Of a stretch of 39,697 bases of DNA, positions 26,826 through 36,343 are shown one piece after another. The notes beneath the pieces are model-generated. The model was given only the letters and a program-made list of their open reading frames with translations, was not told the origin of the DNA and searched no databases. The DNA comes from Candidatus Falkowbacteria bacterium (GTDB lineage Bacteria; Patescibacteriota; Patescibacteriia; Patescibacteriales; XYC2-FULL-47-12). Position 1 is the first letter of the stretch; the number at the start of each line of letters is the position of its first letter. The stretch covers positions 1 to 39,697 of the forward strand of contig JBDRNG010000039.1 in NCBI GenBank assembly GCA_043811275.1, read 5' to 3'. Both the position numbers and the translations under genes were made by a program.

Positions 26826-27003
26826 CCTGTAAGGTGCAAGAGAAGTATGGCTGAACTCAGACGGATCCAAATTCACCCAAACCCCTTCTATACCTTAGTG
26901 ACTTAATTACTAAGCTTAAGGCGCTTAGCAACCTTTGTCCCTCTAACAGGACTTTTTATTTTTGCAGGTTTGAGCGTTTATAGTCTAAGCTCAAACTATC
27001 TGC
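26826..27003 (-). ncRNA. Candidate structured leader RNA upstream of mraZ
   Basis: Several stems with G-U pairs favouring the minus strand, e.g. UGAAUUUGGA-UCCG-UCUGAGUUCA and GUUUGAGC/GCUCAAAC. Confidence 0.4.
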
Positions 27004-27004
27004 T

Positions 27005-27335
27005 GTTCAATAAATCATTTATGGATCTATTAAATATAATGAACCATTAATCCGAATAATATGTATTTATCTAAAATTTCATGCAACTATCCGAATGTTC
27101 CGAATTCTGTTTATTAAATTTAATTCGAATGAAATAATTTGTAGAATTTGCCTGCCCGCAATGTAAAGTATAGCTTTGGCAGGCGGGTAACAAACATTTG
27201 GGGCATTCGCCACGCCCGTCCCGCTGACGCAGTCGGTCGGGCGGGGATTTATTTGTGTCAGAGTAGATACGTACAGAGTATTTGGATTTCCGCCCGAGGC
27301 GGATCAGCCTTGGGCTGAAAACGATCACAGATGTT
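27005..27335 (-). repeat. Rod-like structured element, copy 3, interrupted by three palindromic insertions
   Basis: AACCATTAATCCGAATA and TGCAACTATCCGAAT blocks shared with copies 1 and 2. Confidence 0.7.
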
Positions 27336-27362
27336 TTAGAAGTATACTAAATTAATTTTAAT

Positions 27363-27426
27363 CACCACTATTCCCCACTCATCACCATCTGTATTTCATC
27401 ATACTCCACTTTTCCCTATTTGTCAA
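27363..27426 (-). promoter_or_regulatory. dcw operon promoter with MraZ-type GTGG direct repeats
   Basis: Minus strand TTGACA (27426-27421), 17 bp, TATGAT (27403-27398), with GTGG/ATGG repeats at about 10-bp spacing overlapping and following it. Confidence 0.75.
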
Positions 27427-27480
27427 CGCAAATTCCCCAAAAAAATTTTTAATAGATTTATTAGGAAATTTAAAAATAAA

Positions 27481-27520
27481 AAAATAAAAAACTCGTCTGT
27501 TGATAAGACGAGTTATTTTT
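27481..27520 (-). terminator. Terminator after tsaB
   Basis: AACTCGTCT/AGACGAGTT stem flanked by A and T runs. Confidence 0.65.
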
Positions 27521-27669
27521 TATTTATAAAAATTCAGCTTTGCCTGTGGACTACTCTTACTATTACACAAGTTATAAACATCTTTTACACTTTATCATAT
27601 AAATCTTACTTGTCCTGTAGAATGACTGGAATTAATCCTTGCAAATATGTTAGCAAAAGATTTATATGA

Positions 27670-28155
27670 TTAATATGATTTCTTACTTTTTGTTATACTC
27701 GGCTCCTTATCATAAAACGGCTCTACTGTATTATTCTTTTTACAGTTTTTCACTCTCTGATAACCTTTCTTTATTAATTCATCTATATTTTCAAATTCAT
27801 TCGCTTTTATACCAACCACTGAAATATTTAATCCATAAGCTAGCGCGTTAGCAGTGGCCACGCCTATCCGTGTAGCTGAAAAAGGTCCTGAACCATTTAC
27901 CACTACAATGCCTTTTATCTGACTTAAGTCCAGAGCTCTCTGGACTTTACCCCGTCCTACGCCAGTAACGCAGGGTTTACTCCGCCTAGAATTTAAATTC
28001 AGGCAGAGTGAACCCAGTAATTTATCAATTGTTTTAAGTAATTTCTCTGATTGCTGGTACTTTGCCTTAACTCTGCTTTTTGCCATTAAAACACCCTTAT
28101 CGCCTAAAGCGACAGTCATAATCTCGGAATCGGTTGTGTTTATGTATAAAGTCAT
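27670..28155 (-). CDS. tsaB: tRNA t6A biosynthesis protein TsaB, short form with an in-frame insertion
   Basis: LYINT, QSEKLL..ID.LL, GIVVVNGSGPFSATRIGVATANALAY. Confidence 0.88.
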   Translation of the reverse strand: MTLYINTTDSEIMTVALGDKGVLMAKSRVKAKYQQSEKLLKTIDKLLGSLCLNLNSRRSKPCVTGVGRGKVQRALDLSQIKGIVVVNGSGPFSATRIGVATANALAYGLNISVVGIKANEFENIDELIKKGYQRVKNCKKNNTVEPFYDKEPSITKSKKSY

Positions 28156-28281
28156 GGATTTATAATATCATATTTTCTTTATTTTTCAATCTATTTATAC
28201 CCTTTTTCCCTAAAATTAGCTAAAAATGTCTAAAATAACTTACTCGCCTAACTATTCCGAGAATTCGGGACTATTGGTGAG

Positions 28282-28340
28282 TTGACACAAAATACAAAGT
28301 ATGCTATACTAATAAATCATTTAAAGACTGATCTTTGACA
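28282..28340 (+). promoter_or_regulatory. Sigma70 promoter followed by a boxA-like motif
   Basis: TTGACA (28282-28287), 17 bp, TG-extended TATACT (28305-28310), then AAAGACTGATCTTTGACA from 28323. Confidence 0.78.
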
Positions 28341-28507
28341 AAAATATAGGGAATACTTCCCTGTGATATATATAGATAAAAACCTATACTTTGGTGGAGG
28401 CGTTTAGAAGCGCCATAAAGCGCGTAGGGCTCTTTCTGAGCTTGCAGTACGGCCAAAGTTAGGTTTTAAAATAGACGTACAAAAAACAGAAAGATTGGAG
28501 AAGAAAA

Positions 28508-29443
28508 ATGACAACACTGTATGAAGACAGAAAAAAAGATGAGAATGTCGAGGAAAACAAAAATAAACCCGTCCAGGTCGAGGATATACTTGATACCGAT
28601 GAGGATTTTGACGAGGGCGAAGACCTTCCTACAGATGATGATACGCTCAAAGATTTTCTGAGCAACAATGTCAAAAAGACACCTCCGGTAAGTGGCAAAA
28701 GAACAAACCCGTCCAACAACTTCGCCTGCGGATTTCCCAAGTGGTTGAAGCGGTTCATCCCGGTCACAACCATCATTATCATCGGCTTGCTTCTCTGGAA
28801 TCACTTTGATCGGCTCGAAGCAGTCATTGACCACGCGGGTATTCAGGATGCCATCGACGGTTCCACAACAGGAATGAAAATCAACTTCCTCGAGGATGCG
28901 GTTTTAGGTAACGATGATGACACTGGACTCGTTGAAAAAATAAACGAGATCAACAAAAAAATTGACAGTTTCGACGAAAGCTTTACTGGGTCAATCAATC
29001 AAGTCAACACGACGATAACTCAACTGAACGTTACAGTCAATGCCCAGAATGAAAAAATTGACAATTTACAGATCACTGTCGACAAAATTGCCAATCAGCT
29101 ACTCGGCACTGGCCACAGCTTGCGTCGGACCACCGGACAATTCGGTTGGGCTAAAACCAAATTAACTCACGCGAATGAAGTGGCTTTCATCCAAGACATC
29201 CTTCCGGAGATCAAAAAAAACACCACTGACAACCCAGACATGATCGTCCGAGTTGTCGGACGTGTTGACCGATCTTCCACGAGCAAGGTCAACGATGGCC
29301 AAGTAAAAGTCGGAAATGGACGAGCCAACTACATCGCCAAAATCCTTCGGGACAATGGCGTGAAAGTGACAAAAACCACATGGGCATACAGCTACTCGCC
29401 CAATCGACGCGTTGTTGACGTCTACGTGGAACTACCGAAATAA
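28508..29443 (+). CDS. Single-TM coiled-coil protein with divergent OmpA/MotB-like C-terminal domain
   Basis: TM helix IPVTTIIIIGLLLW, heptad region, VVGRVD...N...G..RA..I...L...GV...PNRRV pattern. Confidence 0.6.
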   Translation: MTTLYEDRKKDENVEENKNKPVQVEDILDTDEDFDEGEDLPTDDDTLKDFLSNNVKKTPPVSGKRTNPSNNFACGFPKWLKRFIPVTTIIIIGLLLWNHFDRLEAVIDHAGIQDAIDGSTTGMKINFLEDAVLGNDDDTGLVEKINEINKKIDSFDESFTGSINQVNTTITQLNVTVNAQNEKIDNLQITVDKIANQLLGTGHSLRRTTGQFGWAKTKLTHANEVAFIQDILPEIKKNTTDNPDMIVRVVGRVDRSSTSKVNDGQVKVGNGRANYIAKILRDNGVKVTKTTWAYSYSPNRRVVDVYVELPK

Positions 29444-29480
29444 TCGACTTCACAAATATCACTATGTTCTTTATCACTAA

Positions 29481-29529
29481 TAAAACCCCGAGCATCTCTA
29501 TAAATAGAGCTCTACTCGGGGTCTTTTTA
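29481..29529 (+). terminator. Intrinsic terminator, probably bidirectional
   Basis: ACCCCGAG/CTCGGGGT stem with a T-run, between convergent genes. Confidence 0.75.
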
Positions 29530-29549
29530 TTATGAAGTTCTTTTTAAAT

Positions 29550-32500
29550 TTATATATTAACAGATGATTCCATGTTGTTCTGTAAAATTTTAATTAATTC
29601 ACCCCTTCTCATGTCTTTAATATTTAATTTTATATCATTGTTTTCATTTTTGAATTGGATTTGTTTTGGTGTTAATATAGCGTTTGACTCTATTGTACCT
29701 TGTTTATAACTTATTTTTATTTTGTCATTTTCTATTTTCTCAACATCATACCCTTTATCATCCCCAACAAGCGCCTGTAAAGCCGCTTTGTTGTTATTAA
29801 TATCATTATCAAATAAATCTCGTAATGCACTTTGTTCAGTTTCAGTTAAAGTATTATAATTAAATAATTTTTCTGCCCCTTCCCCCTTACCAAAATACCC
29901 TTCCGGATCCTTTAAATTATTTTTCATATCTTCGCTTGAAATATTTTCTAATTTTAATTCTCCTATTTTAGAGCCATCACTACTAAACAAAATAGCCTTG
30001 TCACCAAGTATTCTTACTTTTGAGCTGTCATTATATTTAAAAATTATTTCATTACTTTCAGTTATACTAACTGATTTTATTATACCTAAATCTTTATCAA
30101 TACTTCCGAGAATTTCTGAAGCATCTCCTTTGTCACTAAATATATTTAACAACGCCACTTGCATACTTTCATCAAAATATCCCCTATCAACTATTTTAAA
30201 ATTATCAGCTAACTCCATTGGAGGAATCCCTGTCTTTTCAGCTAAGCTATTAAACTTATCTAATCTATTTTCTGGAATACCATGCGCTTTAAGGGTATTT
30301 AATCTTGATTGCTCATCTGGTGTTCCTGCCTGCTTTTCTACCACAAGAGCTTGCTCTTGAGGTTTTACTTCTGTCCCTGTTGTTCCTACTTCAGGTGTAG
30401 CATCAACTTTAGATTCATTAACATCAGTTACCTTCTGATTTAGTTCTTCTGCTTTCTCTACTGCTTCAGGAGTATCACTTCCTGATTCTGGCTCCGCTAC
30501 TTCCCCACTACCTATAGACTCTTCCGCTATACTTTGCGTCTCTATTCCTCCCCTTGCTAAGGGGGGGCTAGGGGGGGTATTTTTTTCACTCCCAACCTCT
30601 GTAACATCCTTAACACTATCTACGCTACTATCCCCTTGCACTGTAGCTAAAATTTTAACATTTTCCGGACCATCAATTTCTTTATCAACAATCGCCACCT
30701 CCATATTCTTTCCGTGAAAAACTGCTTTACCGTTTTCTGCGGTAAATAAATTACTTTCTTGTGGAATTATTAATTTTCCATTATCATCAACGTTTAAAGA
30801 AATTACTTCTTGCTGATTTTCGCCAGTAGAAAATAATATCTTTACTTCCTTTCCCTCTTCCACAAGACCTTTAACATTTTCTTCCTCTAACATATCCTTA
30901 ATATCTAAAACAAAATCTCCATCCTTATTTATCCCAGTTCTTTCTACCCCGCCCCACTTAAGCATCTGTTCATTCTCACCCTTTATCCACTCACGATTTT
31001 TTATGGTAAACGTTTCTTGTGAGGTTTCTGGGGTTGTTTCAGGTTCAGGTTCAGGTTCTGGTGTTGTTGGTTCTGATAGTTTTTGGTTTTCTATTTGTTT
31101 TTCTAATTCTTCAACCTCGTCTTTTAATGCGTCTGCTAAATCATGATCACCTCTTTGTTCATATCTATCTATTAACTGTTTTCCCGCCACAACTTTTTTA
31201 TCTAAATTTCTCTCTCCTGTAAATTTATCCTCTAACATACTAAGAGGTGTTTCTGGGGCGGAAGTTTCTGGTGGGGTTGGGGTTGATTCTTCAATTTTAC
31301 TAACTTTTGAATCTGATACTACCTCATCACCGCCCCAAACATACCCACGTATTAACCAACCCAAAGTAGCAAATGTGGCGCCCAACGTTACTCCTTTACC
31401 CATTTGTTTTAATAAATACGTCTTTTTCTCTTTAGCTACTTTTGAATATTTTTTATTTAAACGATTTTCTAATCGCTCTGGTAACCTACCTAATTGTTTT
31501 ACTAACTTATCATTTTCTATGTCTATATCATCTGCACTATTAACAACGCTATCTGCCTTGGCAAGTTTTTGCATTAACTCATAATGATTAACAATCCTTT
31601 TATTTTCTTCACCAAAATTAACTAAACCACTATCAATCTTTTCTGATGTATAATTAATCCTTTCTTTCAAGAAAGCAAGAATTTTTTTTATCTTTTCTCT
31701 GTTCTTGTCATCTTGTTTGCCTTTATTAAGAGAACTATATTTATTAAAATCACTAATTGTATATTCTAATTTTTTAGTTAAACTTTCAGCGTCTACAAGA
31801 TCATAAGTTTCTTTGCTTTTATCTTTTGTTCCTTTGCGCCCTAATTTTTCGCGCTCAATTAAGCTCTCTTTCCCTCTTTTTCTGGCTATAAGCCCACCTA
31901 TTAATCCAGCCACTGCCGGAACTGCTATAGCTCCTAATAAACTAACTGTTACCGTTCTAGTAATAAAACCTGCTCCAGTATATATCCCTCTTTCAGTTAA
32001 AGTATCTTTAAGTGTTTTTCTCCATAATCCCTTATCACTAATATTTTGTAATTCTTTTTCTACTTCAGGATTAGTATTTAAAAATTGATTAAATTGAACA
32101 TTGCGATCAATTTCAAATATTTTTTCTTCTGCCTTTTTGTCATAAAGCATATTTTCCATCAATTCTCCGCGAGCTTTTTCATAATCTTCTTTAACTTTAT
32201 TCCATTTTTCTATATCCTTATTACTAGCTGTACTCTCATACGACCACTCATGTGGTATTTTACTAAACTCCGTAGCTATTTTATTAAATTTTTTAATAAC
32301 ACTTTCATGCACATTTTCCAATCCTGAGGCATATTGAATTTCTAACTCACTTTTTTCATTCACTTCTACTTCTGTATTAAAATTTTTCATTCCGTTTACT
32401 AACTGCTGTAAAACATCTTTATGCATTTCTATACCACCTGCTTTTATTTCAGCTAATTCTTCTTTTTCCTTTTTAGCTATTTGATATTGCTTAGTAATTC

Positions 32501-35153
32501 CTTTCCATATTCTAGAAAAAATACCAACATTAGATAAATCTTTATGATAACCAGCTCTAGACGCATCTTGTGTTCTACCTAGAGTAATTTGTTTTAAATT
32601 TTCTAAAACTAAAAATTGTTGTCCTTCTGAGAGCTCATCAAATCCTTCTACCTTTTTCATGTCTTCAAGGGATATATTAAATTTTTCTAATCCACCTTCA
32701 ACGCTTGCTTCATGTATTTCATCTGGAATCTCTATTTCTTTCTGTTCTTCTTCAATAGATTCTGCTGGTTTTTCTGTTGATTCTACAAATTCTGCTTCCG
32801 CTACACTTCCTGATGGATTAAGCTTTAATAAATCATTAATAAGAATAATTTTTTTTACTTCTTTATTTTCTACTTCAACACTCTGCACAGTTAACGAAGT
32901 TTTATCTGTTACTGGCTGAGGATTATAAATAATTTTTTTAATCACAAAGTCATTCTCAATGTCACCTGAACTTCTCTTTACTTTAACATAATCTCCTGTC
33001 TCAAATAATGCCTCACCCACTCTAAATCTATTTTTTTCATCTTTTTCTGCATTTTCAAGCTTCTCTGTCTTTTTTTTCAGCTTTACCTCTCCCTCTTCTT
33101 CTATTGGCTTTTCTTTTACTTCCTCCTTATCTTTCTGCTCAATTGTCTCTTTTAATCTTTCACTAAAAAGATGCGACTCAAATAAATGATCTGAAGGCGC
33201 TAATTCTATATCTAAAAGACTATCATACTCTTTTAACTTACTAACAATTTTGTTAATTTCATCATCGCCCTTAGTAGCAAGGTCTTCTGTATTAAATACA
33301 TCATCTGTAAACTTAAATATTTCATCAAGTAGATCATCCTCAATTTTACTTTCTGGCAAAGAAACATCTCCTTCAGATGCTTTTCTTCTTCTATTTTTTA
33401 GCTTTTCTATCTTTGATTTTATACCTAAAGCAAGCTCATGCTGTATTTTTATAGGCTCCATTTTTTCAATTTTTTCTTCCTCTGCTTCTACCGATTCTTC
33501 TTCTTTTATTATTCCTCTTTCTTTAAGTAACTCTATAAATTCTTCTTCGGATATACCAGTGTCCTTTAAAAGTTTCATAGCTAAATCTAATCGTTCTTGA
33601 TGACTATATTTTGATTCCGCTTTTTCATATGCATTTAAAGCTAACTCTATCCATGTTTCTGTAGTTTTTTGCTTAACTGCTGACCCAATTTCAATTGCCT
33701 CACCCTCTGATGATAAAATAAATTTTTCTACTAGTTTATCTGTTGGACTATTTTTATCAACAGTCCCTGCTTCTTCTTTCTGTTTAATGCTTTTATCCCA
33801 TTTAATAGTTTCTTCATCCCATTTGATAAGCTTATTTGTCTGTAAATAAGTAAAAACATCTTCTCCCTCTTCTTTTGCTTTTTTGGTATCCTCTTCTTTT
33901 TCTACAGAATATAAACGCGCAAATTTTTCTCTTGTTAAAGGCCCTTCTTTTTTAAATATTTTTAATCCTAATTTATTTTTTTCACTAATTTCTTCTTCTG
34001 TTTCTGTTTCTGTTTTTTCAGGAGGAGTTGTTTCCTGTTCTTCTTCAACATCCTCTACAGCATCGTTTAATGTTGTTTCTATTTCTTTATGAGTTAATAT
34101 TTCTTCAGATTCTTCCTCCTCTATTATTCCTCTTTCTTTAAGTAATTCTGTAAATTCTTCTACAGACATACCCGCTTCCGTTAAATCATCCTTGAGTAAA
34201 TATAATAAATCTTCATGACTCTCTTCTGATTTCATTTCTTTATATGTAGTTAAAGCTAACTCTATCTGTGGTTTTTCCTCTTCTGTTTTTTGTTTAACAT
34301 CAAACTCATCAACAAATTCTTTTACTCTTTCTGAAGTAACTTCTTGCTTGTTTTCTTTTTTTGCTTGCACCGCTTCTTCCTTTGACATTTTAGGAAGCAC
34401 AGGTTTAGTAATTTTAGAATCTTCTTTCTCTTCCTCAACCGTCGGCGCAGTTTCAGTTTTTTTAGGCCAATTTAATTCTACTAATTCATCTGGGGCAACA
34501 TGTATTCTTATTTTTTTTCCTTTTTCTCCTTTTTCTAAAACATAAGATCCTATTTCACCGTTACTATTTTTTACTCTGCCAGCGACTTTCCACCCTTCTT
34601 CTCGTATACCATCTTTATTTTTACCTATCACCTCTTGGCCTATTTGAAAAGCGCCCTTTTCTTGTATTTTTATCTCTGGCTTTTCTTCTTTAGCAGGAAA
34701 CTCTTTATCAAGGTGTTGCGCTAATTCTTTAGTGAATTCTTTTCTACCAGTTTCTTTTTTTTCTAAAAATTTTAAAAATTCTTGTTTAGTAGTATTATAT
34801 TCAGCAAATTCATCATCTTCGGTCATAACTCCTATGATAGCATCCTTATCATACACTCCTAACTTCACTAATTCATCATAAAGATTAATCAAATCATTCA
34901 TGTTCGCTTTTTCTTGAGATGCAGGCTGTTCTTTTTCAGCCTCAATATCCTCTCCTATAATAACAGGGGTGGGTTTTGGTTTTTCAGATTTAATTTTTTT
35001 ATCCTTTTCTTTTGATTTTTGCTTTTCTTGCTTTAGCTTTTCTGATCTTCCTTGAAATCCTGCCTTATTGTCAACAAAATCCTCTCCATTCTCTTCTTCG
35101 TCTTGTCCACTCTCATTTTGCCTTGATTTATATTTTTCTCTTTCATCTACCAT
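29550..35153 (-). CDS. Giant Glu/Lys-rich protein with internal repeats and two hydrophobic Gly-rich segments
   Basis: 1867-aa uninterrupted ORF, duplicated IELAL...EEF.ELLKERGII.EEES module, membrane-like segments in the C-terminal half. Confidence 0.8.
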   Translation of the reverse strand: MVDEREKYKSRQNESGQDEEENGEDFVDNKAGFQGRSEKLKQEKQKSKEKDKKIKSEKPKPTPVIIGEDIEAEKEQPASQEKANMNDLINLYDELVKLGVYDKDAIIGVMTEDDEFAEYNTTKQEFLKFLEKKETGRKEFTKELAQHLDKEFPAKEEKPEIKIQEKGAFQIGQEVIGKNKDGIREEGWKVAGRVKNSNGEIGSYVLEKGEKGKKIRIHVAPDELVELNWPKKTETAPTVEEEKEDSKITKPVLPKMSKEEAVQAKKENKQEVTSERVKEFVDEFDVKQKTEEEKPQIELALTTYKEMKSEESHEDLLYLLKDDLTEAGMSVEEFTELLKERGIIEEEESEEILTHKEIETTLNDAVEDVEEEQETTPPEKTETETEEEISEKNKLGLKIFKKEGPLTREKFARLYSVEKEEDTKKAKEEGEDVFTYLQTNKLIKWDEETIKWDKSIKQKEEAGTVDKNSPTDKLVEKFILSSEGEAIEIGSAVKQKTTETWIELALNAYEKAESKYSHQERLDLAMKLLKDTGISEEEFIELLKERGIIKEEESVEAEEEKIEKMEPIKIQHELALGIKSKIEKLKNRRRKASEGDVSLPESKIEDDLLDEIFKFTDDVFNTEDLATKGDDEINKIVSKLKEYDSLLDIELAPSDHLFESHLFSERLKETIEQKDKEEVKEKPIEEEGEVKLKKKTEKLENAEKDEKNRFRVGEALFETGDYVKVKRSSGDIENDFVIKKIIYNPQPVTDKTSLTVQSVEVENKEVKKIILINDLLKLNPSGSVAEAEFVESTEKPAESIEEEQKEIEIPDEIHEASVEGGLEKFNISLEDMKKVEGFDELSEGQQFLVLENLKQITLGRTQDASRAGYHKDLSNVGIFSRIWKGITKQYQIAKKEKEELAEIKAGGIEMHKDVLQQLVNGMKNFNTEVEVNEKSELEIQYASGLENVHESVIKKFNKIATEFSKIPHEWSYESTASNKDIEKWNKVKEDYEKARGELMENMLYDKKAEEKIFEIDRNVQFNQFLNTNPEVEKELQNISDKGLWRKTLKDTLTERGIYTGAGFITRTVTVSLLGAIAVPAVAGLIGGLIARKRGKESLIEREKLGRKGTKDKSKETYDLVDAESLTKKLEYTISDFNKYSSLNKGKQDDKNREKIKKILAFLKERINYTSEKIDSGLVNFGEENKRIVNHYELMQKLAKADSVVNSADDIDIENDKLVKQLGRLPERLENRLNKKYSKVAKEKKTYLLKQMGKGVTLGATFATLGWLIRGYVWGGDEVVSDSKVSKIEESTPTPPETSAPETPLSMLEDKFTGERNLDKKVVAGKQLIDRYEQRGDHDLADALKDEVEELEKQIENQKLSEPTTPEPEPEPETTPETSQETFTIKNREWIKGENEQMLKWGGVERTGINKDGDFVLDIKDMLEEENVKGLVEEGKEVKILFSTGENQQEVISLNVDDNGKLIIPQESNLFTAENGKAVFHGKNMEVAIVDKEIDGPENVKILATVQGDSSVDSVKDVTEVGSEKNTPPSPPLARGGIETQSIAEESIGSGEVAEPESGSDTPEAVEKAEELNQKVTDVNESKVDATPEVGTTGTEVKPQEQALVVEKQAGTPDEQSRLNTLKAHGIPENRLDKFNSLAEKTGIPPMELADNFKIVDRGYFDESMQVALLNIFSDKGDASEILGSIDKDLGIIKSVSITESNEIIFKYNDSSKVRILGDKAILFSSDGSKIGELKLENISSEDMKNNLKDPEGYFGKGEGAEKLFNYNTLTETEQSALRDLFDNDINNNKAALQALVGDDKGYDVEKIENDKIKISYKQGTIESNAILTPKQIQFKNENNDIKLNIKDMRRGELIKILQNNMESSVNI

Positions 35154-35219
35154 AAAAAAATAGAGTTAATAATTAACTCTATTATATCATAAATAAAAAT
35201 CTCAAGCCATGTATTACTC

Positions 35220-35420
35220 TGTCATTACGATCCGCTCATAAGCGTAGCGCATTGAGCGGAGTGGCAATCCCGTGAGAATTAAATAACAGTATTAATAAAT
35301 TATTATTAACACTCACGGGATTGCTTCGCATCCGCTAAAGCTCCGGCTCGCAATGACAGTGTTCCTCACGGGATTGCTTCGTCGTCTCCGCCAGCTGGTG
35401 GATCCTTCTCGCAATGACAG
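35220..35420. repeat. REP/RPE-like GTCATTGCG...CGCAATGAC element with duplicated right arm
   Basis: GCAATCCCGTGAG/CTCACGGGATTGC stem. The same family occurs at 1231-1327 and 24554-24599. Confidence 0.85.
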
Positions 35421-35424
35421 GTAG

Positions 35425-36006
35425 TTAATCAAACTTATTCACTACCTCAATTTTTTTAGCCATCAGGATATTGTGCATAAACATATCGCCGACATCTTTT
35501 CTGTATAAGAAGTCATCAGAGTCCATTAAGGACCAATTTATTTCCCAGCCGATTACTTTTTCAAATTCACTGATAATTTTAGCGCACTTACTTTTACTAA
35601 TACTGCCGACTATTAAGACATCAATATCCGTGTCAATCACGCCGGTAAATCTACCTGTTAGCGCAATGTATTCCACGTCGCCCATTTTCTTTAATTTATC
35701 TTTAAAAATTTCCAGATCATGCACTTGTAGTTTTAAAAACACGCTGTAGATTTCCTCAAACATAAAAAACTCTGGGTTGGCTTTATAGTGCTTTACATTC
35801 ACTACTTTCTTATTAAGCTCTAATGGCTTGGTCGTCTCTATCACGCTGTTAGTCGCTAATAATTTTACTAATTCTTTATTAATACTACGTACAACTGATC
35901 CAGTTTTTTGCGCCATTTCACCTGCCGTAAATTCTGAATTGGCGTGCATAATTAAAAATTTTAAAATTCTGACACGGATATGTGAAGAAAATAATTGAGT
36001 AAGCAT
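35425..36006 (-). CDS. Winged-HTH protein with nucleotidyltransferase-like C-terminal domain
   Basis: LFSSHIRVRIL..HTH..Y.ANPEF N-terminus and LTGRF...DIDVLIVG C-terminus. Confidence 0.7.
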   Translation of the reverse strand: MLTQLFSSHIRVRILKFLIMHANSEFTAGEMAQKTGSVVRSINKELVKLLATNSVIETTKPLELNKKVVNVKHYKANPEFFMFEEIYSVFLKLQVHDLEIFKDKLKKMGDVEYIALTGRFTGVIDTDIDVLIVGSISKSKCAKIISEFEKVIGWEINWSLMDSDDFLYRKDVGDMFMHNILMAKKIEVVNKFD

Positions 36007-36047
36007 AGGAAAAATTTTAAATTATATTAAACTAAAAACATTTTTCG

Positions 36048-36225
36048 TTTTGTCATTCTGACCTGCTCATAAGCTTGTCCACCCAAAGCGTAGCACTAGG
36101 GCGGACGAGCGCATTGAGCGGGGAAGAATCTATTACCACGTTCGTGGAATTAGATCTTTCACTACGCTCGTCCCGCTAAGCGGGACTTCACTTCATTTAA
36201 GATGACAAAACTCAGAATGACAAAA
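36048..36225. repeat. REP-like TGTCATTCTGA...TCAGAATGACA element with nested palindromes
   Basis: 14-bp terminal IR, inner GAAGAATCTA/TAGATCTTTC, two nested GC-rich hairpins. Confidence 0.8.
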
Positions 36226-36343
36226 AGTAAAACATCTTGGACCTAATCGTTCCTTGTGGATATAACATACCATAAGCTTCTGGAACCATCAAGACCACTT
36301 TAATCACAGGTTAATGACAGGTATTATTCTTGGTTAATTTATT

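Noticed and set aside
27071-27328. 85-aa ORF upstream of the four-helix gene
   Set aside because: It lies wholly within rod element copy 3 and its palindromic inserts, and has no protein features.
27540-27600. DnaA-box-like words suggesting oriC
   Set aside because: Only degenerate matches, with no clear cluster of TTATCCACA and no dnaA nearby.
36236-36325. Imperfect hairpin considered as 6S RNA or a riboswitch
   Set aside because: Too short and no diagnostic motif that I can recognise.
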